64,000 nucleotides of DNA, from positions 122,788,007-122,852,006 of the forward strand of contig NC_068982.1 in NCBI RefSeq assembly GCF_001194135.2, written 5' to 3'. Every line of letters begins with the position of its first letter. The stretch's first letter is position 1. Position numbers and translations under genes: made by a program. The notes below the pieces were generated by a model that saw nothing but the letters and a program-made list of their open reading frames with translations, did not search any database and was not told the origin of the DNA. This DNA is from Octopus bimaculoides. Taxonomy: Eukaryota. Of this stretch, positions 1 through 15,169 are shown piece after piece.

Positions 1-1350
1 CTGGGTTGTAAGGAGTCCTTAATTGGGAATTGTAAGAAAATTTATTTAACCCTTTTGATATCAACCCACCTGAAATCATCCCTGCTTCTATAAAGTTAAT
101 TCCTTATTTTCAAGTGATCTAAATTAAAATTTTACATCAAAATTTCATCTTAATTTATGTCCCACATGCCAATTTAACAATGACAAAGAGATAGTTTACT
201 AAATTCTTCATTATTTTCAAAATTAGCTGAAACAAAGCCAGCGTATTTCATCAGAAATATGGAACGAAAAATGTCGAAATTTCTTAAACCTTGTTTGTGA
301 CATTTAATGGACTTAGCCCTGCAAAACTTTCAACAATAGTTTCATGACTTGTTTAATCATCGTCATCAGTGGTAGTAGCAGCATTCTAAGGATTACTTTT
401 CCATGCCTGCACAGACCAGATGAAACTTCATTGAAGCTGAATTTTCTACAGTGAGGTGTACTTTAGATGTCAGCCTTCCTTTGTTTCTAAGCAAGGGAAT
501 AATTTCTTCAATCTATCAAACAACAAACAGCCTAGACAAGCTTTTATGATGGATTGCAAATAAATGTTATTATTTATACAAATAGTAATAGATTGGTTTA
601 TAGTAAATGCATGCTTCAAATCCTGTCAAGAATCTCAGACATACTTCTATGGTGGACTACAAACAAACAACACCGTTTATATGAACAGTGAGGCTTTGCC
701 TCTAGTCAGCATGCACATACCAAGACAAGGAGCTTATTCACTCAATCATGCATGCACACACATGCATAAACACACGCAAACACAACAGGCTTCTTCCAAT
801 TCCACCTACCAAATTTCTCTCACAAAGTATTGTGAAAGAGGAAACCAGCCAACAACATCCCTAAACACATGGGTCCGTAGCAATCTTATTAAACACACAG
901 CTACACAGGCATCTCTTATGAAATTTAACTCTGTAAAAGAGAAAGATTAATAAAGATAGTTAATAATATTTTCATGTTGTTGTTTCCTGAGGCATGAATG
1001 TATTTTAAATATTCCACAAGATTGGGAAATATTGATCTAAAATATTACACAACCTAAACTAGTTTTATGAAAAATATTTACAAGAAAATCATTTTTTTTT
1101 GTTTTTTCTTATAAAATTATTAATAAATTTAATAGCTGTTTATGATCAAATTCAAATTGAACATGAGTATTTGCGTGTTCGTGCATGCATGAGTGTGTGT
1201 ATTGATGTACATGAGAGATGAGGAAAAGAGAAATAACCAGAACATTCATTCAATATATCCATCCATACTTAGACACTCTTGCACCCCCTCCACACACACA
1301 CACAAGTTTATATTCTCATATTTAAATGCATGTATAATGATTTCTCTCAG

Positions 1351-1508
1351 ATTGTCCTGGAAGTAGTTGTGCCAAGATTTTTGAAACATCTAAAGGAAGG
1401 AACTACGCAGAAAGAAAGCCTGAGTGCAGCTCAAGCAGAGATCCAAGCTATTACCAATATAGCTATCTCAATAAGAGCCTTGATTAATTCATGTGAAATA
1501 TTCACAAG
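1351..1508 (+). CDS. UNC80: UNC80 exon w1 (phase 0-2)
   Basis: tttctctcag|ATT...ACAAG|gtataa; IVLEVVVPRFLKHLKEGTTQKESLSAAQAEIQAITNIAISIRALINSCEIFT. Confidence 0.88.
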
Positions 1509-4500
1509 GTATAATAACCTCTCTTTTCAACTCAATATAATTTTTGTTCTATTCTATTCCTTTCATTATTAGATTTTGCTTCTTATTTTCCTTTCTAATT
1601 TTTGTTCATTTTTAAACTTAAATTGCAGTTTTAAAATTTTCAGTTTCAAAAGTTAACCAGTTTCATAGCAGTGTGATTTTATTACACCCAGCTGTGAAAT
1701 ATTTATTCCGATAATCCATACAAATAATAAATGTTTGATTCAAAAATAGATGAAAACGTTTGTGTTTTGTACAAATCTGTTATATGTAACAGAAGCAGTA
1801 TTAGATTAAAGTAGTCATCTGTGCATCATACTTAATATAGATACATTGTAAAAGGCAGGTTTATTCCAGCATTTATCCTGAGATAATATTATGCTAAGCT
1901 TAAAAACACAAAATATATCAATATTGACAAATTTTATCTTGGCAATGGTTGGCCGTGAGTACACACTATTGACAATGCCCAATGAGGCAGAAATACATCT
2001 AGCATTCTTATCTACAGCTAGGATGATTTTGATCTACTACCAATATATGTTGTGTTTTAAAACACAGCACTTCTATAAGAGATATTACCTCAGGACAAAT
2101 ATCTCAGTAAATTGGCCTTTTGTGATATATTTACACTATGATATACTGATGACTATGTTAACGTTTTTTATTTTGTGTGTTGAGTATTTTTCAACATTTC
2201 TTATATGACACTATTGTCTTTTAGGGGACTCATTCTGACAATAAAAACATACACTGGTTTTAGTTAATTTTATTATTAGTTAACTAAGGCAGCAAACTAG
2301 CAGAATCGTTAGAGCATCAGACAAAATACCATACAATTTTTCTTATGATTCTTTATGTTCTGGTTTCATATCCTGCTGAGATCAACTGTCTTTCATCCCT
2401 TTGGAGTCAATCAAGTACTGGGGTCAGTAGTATTGACTAACCTTCCCCTTATAATTGTTGGTGTTGTATCTCAATCAGAAACTATATTTAATTGATTTGT
2501 CACTCTTTTACTATCCAGCTATGGGATTTTCAGTGATTTTCTTCTTTTTTTTTTTCCCTTTTTTTCATTCTCTAATTTCTCTGACAGAAATATGAGTATT
2601 CCACAGCGTCACATGGAGGTTGTAAATGCAAGCATGAAACCTATGCAGAATCATACCAACTTCTCCACACAAACATCTGGATATTATTATGATGATAAAG
2701 AAGAATCTCATACCAGGTCTGCAAAATGAATTCTCCAGTAAATTGATTTAGAACAGGAAATCATTTATAACCATGCTTAAATGTTGGTTTCTTGGTTCAC
2801 TACATCCTAATATTCTAGAGGAATGAGAGAAATGGGAAATTGTGATGTTTATGCCTTTTAGAAGAAGCATAAGTAAAATAAATTAATCTAGCATGGGATG
2901 AATTGTTAGAACACCAGAAAGAATACTTTGAGTATTTGTTCCTATTTTCTGTGCTCTGAGTTCAAATCCTGCCAAGGCCAAGGCTTTTCATCTTTACAGG
3001 GTCAATAAAAATGTACCAATCTTGGACGTTGGATTGGTGGAACTGTAAGAATGTTAAACTTGATGTCTTGCAGTATCTGTCTTAGTATTTTGCCTTCTAT
3101 GTACAGCCCCATCAAATCCAATGTCCTGAATTAGTATATTTTTATCAACCCTACAAAGATGAAAAGCAAAGTGACCTTGGTCAGATTTGAACAGAGACTA
3201 TGGAGAAAGGAAGAAATACTGCGAGGCATCAGATAGGTGCTTTAGCATTTCATTCAATACTAGTTCAGTCTATTTTACTTATTCTATTTAATACATTTGT
3301 AAAAGACAAAAGTATCACAATTTCCCATTTCCCTCATTCCTCTAGAATCTTAGTATATAGTGTTCTACTTGGGTGGTAGATCTAAACCCTCACCCAGTTT
3401 AACATCATTTCCTGACATCTTGAGCACCTTTAGTGGAGTCCACTTTATTGCAAGCATTCAAACTAGATCTCCAGTTTGAGGATACCTTTTTCTCTCTGTC
3501 TTCCATCAATCTCAAAGGCCTTGTAAAGGCCACTGCCTACTCTCCTAACATAAAGATGAATAAATTGAACATAAATTGGATTGCAGTCTAAACCGGCCAA
3601 AAGCTTACAGCTCCTAAGGATTTTGTACATTTTTTTATATATTGATTTCATATAATTTTACTGTCTGTAGTAGGTGCTTAGTGGATAGCAAATTGGGTCA
3701 GTAATTTCATTTTGATTGCTAATTGGAATTGCTTGGAAAAGGCATGAATATGAGTATCCTACATTCTTAGTTCTACTATAAACTGAAGGCTGTATGCCTG
3801 TTTAAACCATGTACATTGATTATCTTTTCTTTTCTTTTTTTTTTTTTGTTTGAAATTTAATCAAGAAAGAGATACAGTTATATCTGTTTATAAGCTATAG
3901 ATCACTGGTTCAAACTGGAAATGTGAAGTCTGATTTGAGTTATGTTATTTTTCAATCTGTTTGATGGGAGATTTGAAATTTAAAGTTAAAATGGACATAT
4001 TTTTTCATTAGCTGAAATCAGTGATTTAGTGGTTGATAAGTCAATGAACAATTAAAGACATTTATAGATCCACGTTGAAAAAAAAATTCTGCTTTTTCAT
4101 TAAATTTTGATTTAAGTTCAAATTTCAATTTTGATTTTTTTCTTTTCAATATTTTTATTTATCTATTTATTTTTACTTCAATTTCAATTTTATTAATTTG
4201 AAATTTCAAAACAAAATTACTAGAAAAAGAACACAAATAAAAACTAGTATCAAACTTTATCAATTTAACTGCTTCCATATATCATCATCATCATGTTGGG
4301 TATCATGGAACACATTATTACTTGCCATAATCTATATTTATTGTAAAATATTCCCATTCTGTTGAGCAATGATGAATCTTACAAATAACATCCAGTTATA
4401 AAAGTAACTTTAAGATATGAAAATACTTTAAATTATACTTACATTATGTAAAAGATCAAAATAATTATTCTGTTCTTAAATTAGTATTGTGGTGTAGAAA

Positions 4501-7500
4501 AATCTTAATAATATTTAATGATGTGACATGCACCACAAAACAACAGGTGAGCTTCCAGTGAGTCACGTCTGCAAACCTGTTGCTGGTTTTTCACCAGAGC
4601 AATTCCCTTCACTTAATCTGCTAACTCTGGTAAGAAAGACATGAAACCATCACACAGTATCAGTTCCCTTCCTTGTACTTTATTATGAAATCATTAATAT
4701 TACTTTTATGTTTTTATTTATATTTTATGTCTTCAGCCGTGTTGGAGATGATGGCAGAAAGAAAGGATATGTGCCTGATGATGATGTTGATGCCAAGCAG
4801 GAATTTCGTAAACCCCGAGATACCTTGCTATTCATTTCCTCTGAGTTTTTCTCCAACTGTCACTTCCGTCTACGTGAATTGCGAAAAAAGAAGGCTGACC
4901 CCTCACTCCGTCCTGCTGATAAACCACCTGAGCTATTTGACTCTAAAACACATAATGTAAGTGAAGAACTAGGCAGAAGATCTACTTAGAATTGCTTTAC
5001 CTTGTAAATCTTACAAGTTGTCATCAGGAAAATTGAACTATATCTTTTGTCTTATACTTATGTTAGTCATTGGACTGTTGCCATGTTGGGGCACTGTATT
5101 AGAGGATTTAAACAAATAAATCAATCCAAGTACTTACTTTGTAAGTCTGATACTTATTCTATTGATTTCTTTTGCTGGACTGCTACATTTCAGTGATATA
5201 AACAAGCTGACACCTGTTCTGAAACAGTTGGGTGACATACACACTTTTACATATATGGCATTAGGAAGGGTATCCAACTGTAGAAACTATGCCAAAGCTG
5301 ACAGTTGAGGTTGGCACAATCCTCTGGCCTGCCAGCTCCTGTCAAACCATGCGACCCATGCCAGCATGGAAATCAGATGTTAAATGACGAGGATGATGAT
5401 ACACACACATATATACATATACTCATATGGTGGGTTTCCACACAGTTCCCCTCTCTCATGGCATTGTTAGCCTAGGGTTATAGTAAAAGACACTTGCCCA
5501 AGGTACCATGCAGTGGGGCTGAACCTGAAACCAGGTGACTGCAAAGCAAGCTACTTAACCACACAGTCCCAAATGTATTTCTTAAAAATTTAATCTCAAT
5601 AATTTTTATTTATTTATATATTTATTTTAATTCTCCAGCGCCTTGCTGAAATTGCTCATACATTATTGAAGCTAGCTCCATATGACCCCTACAGCATATC
5701 TTGCCCGGGATTACAAAGGTATGTTGAATGGTTTAGGTTTTTGTAATATTTTCTATCTGGAACCAACTTAGCATATATTTGACTTTATAACTGATATATA
5801 TTATATGTATTTATTTAACTATTACACTGTGTAACACGATTTTGTCCTTGGGTAGCATCTGTTATTTCCTATTTGCTTACCCCTAGAAAGTATGAAAAAT
5901 GGCTAATATTTCCTTCAAACTTTGCTTTTGTTATATTTATTCAAACCCTAAAGCACCCCTCTCAGCACATGACTACGATGCTCCCCCACTACTTCTGCAA
6001 ATGATCAGAGATGCACATATTGTCAAGCAAATCTGTGGTATTGTTATAACATGTCTGCTTCAGCAACTCAGCCCTGAATCTGTCTGAAATGTAATGGAAA
6101 ATAGGTCAGTTTCAAAACATTTATGTCTAGATAGAAAGCAAATAGGAAATAATACTTACTGACCAAAACCCCCCCAAAATCACAATTTTGTTACACAGTG
6201 TTATATATAAACTTTCATTACGCTTAGTCAAACTAGTCATTATAAAAATAAATACCAATTCTAGTAGAGAGATGAATTGGTTAAGTACAGAGTTATGTTA
6301 CAGAATGGTGGCACAACAATCCACTGGTTTCCTTTCAGTTTTCTTTTCTAATCATATTTGCTTGTTCTACTGCAGGAATAAGTAAAAAAAAAACAGAAAG
6401 TTTGGTGTCTTATCCATAATACAATGAAATGCTTGTCACTAGATGTGGATACACAAAATATCCTTTTCCTTTATTGTTATCTCTTTATTCTGAGGATGTC
6501 ACAATATCATGAAATCATGGTATTGACCAGACTACTGGATGTTGTCATACATTGTTGATCACAATGTGCTTCAGATCGTTTTAGCTTTTGAATGACTCCA
6601 CCCCACTGGCTAGGCAAGCAGGCCAACATTCCCCTTGATCAGAAGTCTATTCCATCACAGGGTTACCCTTTTACAGCTAAGTGAACTTGAACAACATGAA
6701 ATGAAGTGTTTTAATCAAGAACACAATATGTTATCTGACCCAGGAATCGAACCCATGATCTAGCAATCCTGAGTGCAATGCCCTAACCAATAGGCCATGC
6801 ACCTTCACATTCTAAAGATATGGGTAACTAATAATGGTGAGGAAGCTAAAGTTATTACAAATGAAAATATTTTGTAACCATTGCATAGTTGTAACTCCCA
6901 ATAAAGAATTGATGCTAAAATACTGTTGCAAATCCTCTCCCCTGTTCAAGCTACTGACGACAGGTAAACCCACAGGTTGGTATAATGGCTCTGTTTAGGA
7001 GTTGAAATGAAGTTAAAACTCAGCTCAGCATTTGCTTAACACCACATGAAGTAAAAATAATTAAAATAATTTATTGTTTTTTTTTCTTTCTATCTATATT
7101 TTTTGTTATCATTAGATTGTGATCCATCAATGAAACAACACTGGCTGACACTTGGTTGCCTTTAACTGATTTCTTTCTGTTATAACCGCTCAGTTTAGAG
7201 ACAGATTCAACTCTGAGGATGAGTTTCCTCAGTCTATGTGAAATAAACCATTTTTGTTAGACATAACAATAAATTACTAACAAAAAAATACATTCTTTTC
7301 TTTAAACAGATCTCAAAGCACACACACAGGTATAAAAAACAGCATGTAAGTATTGGGTTGAAAAACTTTTCTGAATAGCAAAAAAAAATCAAAGGCTTCA
7401 ACTTTTTTATATCCAAACAGGTTTTACAACTCAATATTTACATGCTATTATTTGTAGCTTTATGTGCATCAAGATCTACTGTTCCAAAAAAGAATTATTT

Positions 7501-10500
7501 CATGTTTTCTCAAAAGTTTGTAAATTCTTTTGACATTGAAAAGATATACAAGTACTTGTTTTCCTCTGCAAATGTGACAAATGATTGTTGACTTGTATTT
7601 TTTATTCATTAGTTACATGGTCCATGTCCTGCCAATAACTGACTGGTCCCAAGAACAAATTCGGCCTGCTTTAATTCTCATACTCCGCAGACTGGACAGA
7701 CTTTTCAGTAAAGTTTCAAAAAAGTTGTTGGTTAGGGTAAGTATTTTCTCATACTTTTCTCTATCAGCTTTCTGATTCTCAATGCTTCCAAGGTTTATTG
7801 TGCTTATCTTTTCTTATTAACCTAACACTATTTTGGTTAAGTTGTTTTTTGTTGTTTTCTTATCGCTCTCAATATATCAGAAGATGTCACATTTGCATTG
7901 GAATTTAACCTCATGTTCAAGGTGCTAAGTGAATGAGAGGCATTTCTTCTGATTATATGACCATTTCATTACAGATTTTGATCCTAAGAGAATTTGAATC
8001 CAGCTCTATAAGTTTCAGTAAACATTAAGCATTTAATTACATAGAATTTTTTTTAACAAATTGTAGTTTTTCACATGTTTTTACATTTTAACCACATCGT
8101 ACGTCATATATAGTACACGGGTAACTGATCCAACCTGCATCATGTATCACTATTGGTACACAGTATAAATTTAAAGAAATTTTAAAAACTGATATTCTAA
8201 TGAACTTATTTATCATTATACATGATTTATGTTTTAGAAATGAAGGATAATAAATAAATTTTGCAAATTTATAATATATATTCTTGTTTCATTATCAAAA
8301 CTTATCAATAATAATAAAGTAAAATAAGTAATAAGAAAAAGCAACTGAACAAATGCTAGTGAGGCTTAATGGCTAAACTCAGAGATGCGTTTAAAGTGTT
8401 AAAAGTTTAATAGTTTTCTTACAGTTAACATTCAGACATTATCTAGAAAACATTGCATAAATATAAAAAAAAGAGGAACATACTGATCAGAAATTTAGCT
8501 TGGATATTCTGGGAAATATCTCAAATTATTGTAAGAACATCCATAATGGCCTTATACTATAGTGTAACTGAATACCATTCACAGCATGGACATATAATGA
8601 CTATATGAATACTGACAACCAGTAAAATGAAATGATGTCAATTGCATTTAGTGTCATTTAATTATATCTTTGATGTTGTGGCAATAATAAGTGCAACTGT
8701 TCCACTTCTTGTCCACTGAGAGAAGACCATTCACAAACAGCACCATCATATGAGAAACACAAATACTGTCAGGCCTTTTAAACAAATAACTGATAGAGCA
8801 TCCTTTATCTCATGGCTATAATCAAGAACACCTTTCTATATATTAGTAAAAGTGAACTTCAGTGCTAATGAAGCCTTGTGTGGTGAGTGTAGAGAGCATC
8901 CGCCCAGCTACAAGTTCAGAACCAGTAAAACCTGGTTGGGGACCCTACTCAACCACTGCCCGGTTTCTATCATCCAAACAGAAAGTATATAGAAATCAGC
9001 TGAGGTTAGTTTATGGCAGGCCAAAGTTAATCTACATCAACAGAGATATTATGATTCTCTATATATATCAAGGATGTCGAATATACCCACAATACACTAA
9101 CCACCTTGTGTTGTACTCAGGTGCGTAGCTAGAGTTGGGTAAGCAGGGCACATGCCCTGGGCACCACTTTGAGAGGAGTGCAATTTTGACCAAGATCATT
9201 TTCTAATTAAGCTATTAAACAAACGTTAAACCTTTTCAGGCATGGTTTGTTTTGCTTATCACCATCCATGCCACTAAACTCCTTTTCTATGCAAGTTTCC
9301 ACTTTTCAATTGGGTGTGGGGGAACAATTTTGATGCTTGCTCTGGGTGCTATTTACTGTAGCTACAACCTTGGTTGTACTGTCTGATTATTTTGATCCTG
9401 ATGGGAACAATCTATAAAACTAATGGCGAATACATCAACTGGGTTTCACATGTAAATTTGGAGATGTGAAAGTCATCATTGAAGCAACTAATCTGGAGTA
9501 ACCTATTCAACTAAAAGTTTATGTTGATATTAAGTACTCCCAGTTAGTTCTGTTTGTGTATTCTTGTGACATGAGGTTAACCAATTAAAGTACTATTGAA
9601 ATGGCATTCTATAAATAACCACCTCACCTTTGTTCTTAGACATCGTGTTCTAAATTTTTGGACTTAATGTTGGTTACAATTTTGAGCAGAGAATCAGCCA
9701 GTATGATATCTACATGGTTACTCAACCTGATAGATATAGTAGTCAAATCTGCTTCAAATCGTACCAAAACTTCATCATCATCATTGTTTAATGTCTGTTG
9801 GATGGTTCAATTGGACTGGCCAGACTCCAAACTGTCTGTTGTGGCATGGTTTGTACAGTTGAATGCCCTTCCTAATACCAATCACTTTGTCCTGAGTGCT
9901 TTTTACGTGGCACTGGCACTTGTAAAGGATAAGCCTGTATGTATGGATCCTAAAAAAAGAAATGATAATATAGTAATAGATAGACTAGAGGAAATGTTTA
10001 ACCAATAGTTGGAATGCCTTTGATCAAAGATCTACTCAATCAAACTTGATCTGGGGTTAAACAAAATTTAATGAGTATGTAAATCTGATGAGTTAAAACA
10101 GAAAATAGAAAAGGGTTAGGAAGAAATGTTATAAAAAGTCTTTGGAATATTTCATAACATAAATAACAACACTCAAAATGTTTAAATGATAGTTGATTGT
10201 AAAACTTGTCCTTTATTAATAATATGAGTGAAATAAACATTGGAGATGCTTCACTCCATGCAGAAACTGCAGGAGATACTCAGATATTGCAAGCTCTTCT
10301 GATGCAGTACATTGTTGGAAACTTTTCTCTAACATCAGCAGGAACCTCAGAGTCACAAGCATTTTGTTCCTTAGCCTGTACACTTCACCTGAATGGAACA
10401 GTGAAGGGTGAATTAGTCTTCACCTGCCGAAGGGTTCCAACTGTGGTCTTGTCAACCATAGTCATCTCGAGCTAGTTTCAGCTGCCATGCTTATCTCCTT

Positions 10501-11166
10501 GGTGGCTTTCATCAGTTGTCTGTATTTCAAACAGCCACTGCAGGAAATTTATATATATTATTTTACTTTTATTTCTATCCTCTTATTTTTAGATACTTTA
10601 ATTAATGTTAGAGATATTCTTAATGAGTTTTTGATAAGAGTGTATTTTTTTTTCAGTCTTTGTGAATTCTAATTAAACATTTAAACAGTGTTCAATATGA
10701 ATTTTTTACTCCTTATATAAACAGAATTAACACTGGATCATCATATGGCACTATTGACCTTCTAGTTTCATACAGAATTTTAATGATAAGGGGTGTAAAC
10801 ATTTAAACATTTAAAACAATCATATTGTTAAACTGCTTCACAAAAATAAAGCTTTCTCTTCAGGACCAGAAAATATTTCTGCTCTGAACACTTGTTGTTC
10901 CTCAACAAGACATCAGTATGATCCATTTTAGAATACTACTCATATTTCTGGAATGAAGCAGCTCCTGTAACTACAAACAAACATTTTAATGTTGCATCCA
11001 GCAGTAAAAGCCATCTCATTGATTAACAAACATTCATTCACCATTTTTATTTAGGTTCTTCGCACCAGCAACTAATATTATTTCAAATGGGCTTGCATCT
11101 TATTTCAGAAAAATCAAAGCTGAAAGTTGCTTATTATTATTATTATCATCATCATCATCATCATCA

Positions 11167-11230
<64 letters not shown>

Positions 11231-11901
11231 TATTATTATTATACACCATACAATTTATATTTCTACTTTGTTTTTGCAATATGAATGAATGGGGTTTTTT
11301 TTTGTCTTTCATATACACATTTCATTTGTTTTGCTCGCTTTTTACATAAATATACATCATGAAAGAAATAATCTTTTTTTAAAACATTTATTTTAAGTTA
11401 GCTTCAATGTTTTATAATAATTATTTCAGATTTACAGCACTATAATCTCTAGGGTTTTTTTTATTTAAATATTTTTTTCAATTTTATTTTTGAAAAATAA
11501 ATTATTTTCTATGCTGTATTTGAAGCTTTATATTCTTGATTAGCATTACACCATTTTTATTGCACTGTGCTTCAGCAAGGATGTCATGAGGTAAGGGTCA
11601 TTCTTGTTCCATATATATATATATATATACATATATATCTAACATTTAGCTCTGCTCTTCACAGTCACGGCACATTTGCCTTTAGGTCGGTATTAACTGC
11701 ATCTGCTCAAACTGCCACTACTGCTGCTGTTGCTGCTGCTGCTGCTGCTCTCAATGTTTGCTGCCAAGTTTCAAGTTTTTGTAAACCATCATCATCATCA
11801 TAATCATCATCTCCACCATTGTCATCACTGCCACTGTCATTGTTACTCATTTTAATTCACTCCATCTCATACATTGTCCAAAGTGGTTGTTATTGTTGTT
11901 G

Positions 11902-11948
<47 letters not shown>

Positions 11949-14900
11949 ATGCTTATTCAGAAATAGATCTGAAGCTGCTGTTTGTTTTGTTTTGTTGAAT
12001 TGATTTTTGACTTTTGCTACAGCTTGCTGTTAATAGAGCAATATAGAATTCCTCTGCTCCTGGAAGCTTCTATTATTTCCAATAAACAATGTGTCTTCTA
12101 TTGCCATTTTTGCTGTTCAACTTTGAAAACAACTATAAATATCTATTCTTGTAAACCATAAAATATTTATTTATATGACGAAATGTGTAATATGTATTCA
12201 ACTCTCTAAATTTTAATATTTGGTCCATTAATAAATCATTTGAACTCCAATTATTTTTATGATGAGATATCAATTATAAAGAAATTTCTAAAGTTACATT
12301 TTATGATTCAAAAGACAAATTCAGAAGTAATTTTTCCTAAGTTTCTATAAACTCTTTAACATTTGAATAGGTCATATTCAACCCAAATATTCAGCTGGTT
12401 TTATATTCAGACTGGTCAGATGGTGCTTTTCACACCTATCCTACAATGTCATTCTAAAAATAAACAATCATTTCATCAAAATTTCAAAGCTGCAAAATAA
12501 TGCATGATTAATTCAAAACTAACTCAATTATTCAATTGTGCTCTTGCTCAATGGAGCTGATGTCATTCCAGGTTAGTGATCCCAGAGGTGTCATCATGTG
12601 TAGAGCCAACCAAACCTGCCAGTGACCCCTATTGCTGGCAGACCCATGCCAGCCCTTCTACATCCTCCAAGATGACATCAGGCCTCTAAAGATCTTCCTT
12701 ACTCACGTCCAGCTATCTAGTTCAGGGCATGCCACAGGGCCTCTTCCGGCCTGCAGTTTCTGTGTCAAACAAGTGTAAGGCCTTGATAGGATGATCTGGC
12801 AGGAAGTGGAAGACTTGTCTGTTTCAGTGAATGTAGTGGATGGCTATGAGGTGGGAGGCTGTGAGCTGATGTGCACATGCACATAGCTCTTCGTTGGAAA
12901 TGTGATGGCACCATCTAATGTTCTCAATGGTTCTCAGAGCTCTGCTATCAAAACCATCAATCTCCTTTGCCAGGGTCTGCATGAGGTGCTACGTTTCTGC
13001 TCCATAGAGAACAGAGAGGACCAATGATTTCTAAATGCAAACAAAGTGAATAAATGAGCATTATATTTGACAGAGTAATCCGAATGCGAAAGAGTATCTT
13101 CTTTTTCTGATTGAAATTCTAAAAAAAAATAAAACAATTAATATAAATTTGTCCAGCCAGAATCTATTCATTGAATTATCCAGCAAGAGTACTATCTAAA
13201 GCAAAAGCAGTAATATTTCTTCCACTTCCTTTAATGCCTCACCTTGTTCACCTTCTATCACTCTTTCTCTTAATCTGCCCTTTTGGTTACATTGACTTGA
13301 ACAAATGAAGACAACATAGAGTAGTGTAGACTCTTTCATCTTGCTAGGTACAAGGTTACCTCACTGGTGCTGGTGCCACAATAAAATGTAGTCAGTACAC
13401 TCTGCAAATGGGTTGATGATCAAGTGGAAACAATGTACAGTCAAGAGGGCTTTAGTCTTATCAAAAATGTAACATCATCTCTAGTGCTGGTGCATGTTGA
13501 AATTATATCCAATACAATCCGTAAAGTATTCAGTGTCAGAAAAGGGATCAAACCATAGATATAAAACTGAAAGTGAAATGTATAAGCAAGACACAGTCCC
13601 TCAAGAAATGACTCAGATTGACTTTCCATTGGTTACAATTAAAAATTATTTCAATTAGCTAATTAGTATTTTACCGAATGAATATACTAGATTTGTTTAT
13701 TTTTAAAGAAAAACAATGGAACATTCATATTACTACAAAATTGTGTCTTTATTGTAACTCCTTTTTCTTGGTAATGCTTTTGCTATAAACAGCAAACAAG
13801 TGGGCGTTTTGAGGTTTCTTTTTTCTTTCTTTCCTGAACCATAAGATTGACTATGGGTTTATTATTTCAAATTTGTGAATTTGCTGTTTTATATTTTTCA
13901 TTTATTCAACTACAGTTTCTTTCTCAACATTTTATTATCCACACTCTTCTCTGAAGTTGTCAGAAAGCAACCACTAATCTGTTACTTCACTCTACACTTA
14001 ATCAGTTTATCACTCAACTTGAACTGGGATATCTATAATGATTACAATTTGACTATCAGTAATTCATTTGCAACTAATCTGTATTCCCTGACCTTGATGT
14101 TACCTTTAAAATTCACTTCTTTCATTCAACAGAATGGTTTAGATACAGAAAAATCTAAGAAAGTTCAATGCTACATATTTTAAAATATAAATCAGAGAAA
14201 CTAATTAAATCTATCATTTTAAAAATGTTTTTTACTGTTGTAATAATTATTTAGGAATATTGTAAAATCCCTTAGAAGGTTAAAATTTTCAAACAACATC
14301 GCTCACTATTCCTAAGGCAGTTGTTGGGGTAGAGTCCTCAAGCACTTCCTCCATCTGGTCCTCTAAAAAGCAATTGTATAGAGGTCTCCTGCCAGTTGGC
14401 TTGACTCGAAGACTCTGTATTGTAATTCTTTCTTGTGACATTTTAATCATGTCTGTTGTGCTGGAGCTATAACTTCTCAATCCATTGAAGTAATGACTCA
14501 AGCTGGAAAGACTCTCTGATCTCTGAGTTATGCACTCTGTTGAGTAACATTACTTCAGAGATCCTTTGAAGAAACTTCATTTCTGTCACTTGTATTCATG
14601 ATCATATTCTTTCAGTCCTTACCCAACATTCAGGACCAGTAATTTTGAGGGGCCAAGTCAATTGCATTGACTCCACTACTTGACTGGTACTTTATTTTAT
14701 CAACCCCAAAAGGATGAAAGTTGATGCCAGTAGAATTTGAACTCAGAATGTAACCTATCAGAAGTGCCATTATGTCTGATGTGTTAACGATTCTGCTACC
14801 TCTAATGCATCTAAAATATTGTTAATATCTAATAAATTTTTGACCTGTTCATTCAGAATAAAGTGTTTTTTTTTTTTCTTCCACTTGTAATTTTAGATTA

Positions 14901-15097
14901 GTCAAATACTTCATATTGCTTTGATATAAATAATTTCTGAAAATAAATTCTACTTTTACTTAGTTATAAATGACAACTTTCTTGAGTTCTACTGTAACAT
15001 GTGCTCAAAATTTACGTATCTGGCTATTTATCTTAAGTCAAAAGATTAAAAGAAGCTCTCTCTCTTTCTCTTTCTCTCTCTTTCTCTCTCTCTCTCT

Positions 15098-15169
<72 letters not shown>

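Noticed and set aside
564-950. 128-aa ORF as an upstream UNC80 exon
   Set aside because: No suitable splice sites, includes CA-repeat sequence and has no UNC80-like motifs.
9658-10008. 116-aa + strand ORF
   Set aside because: It runs through an antisense (CAT)n-led RTE 3'-UTR copy and shows no protein similarity I recognise.
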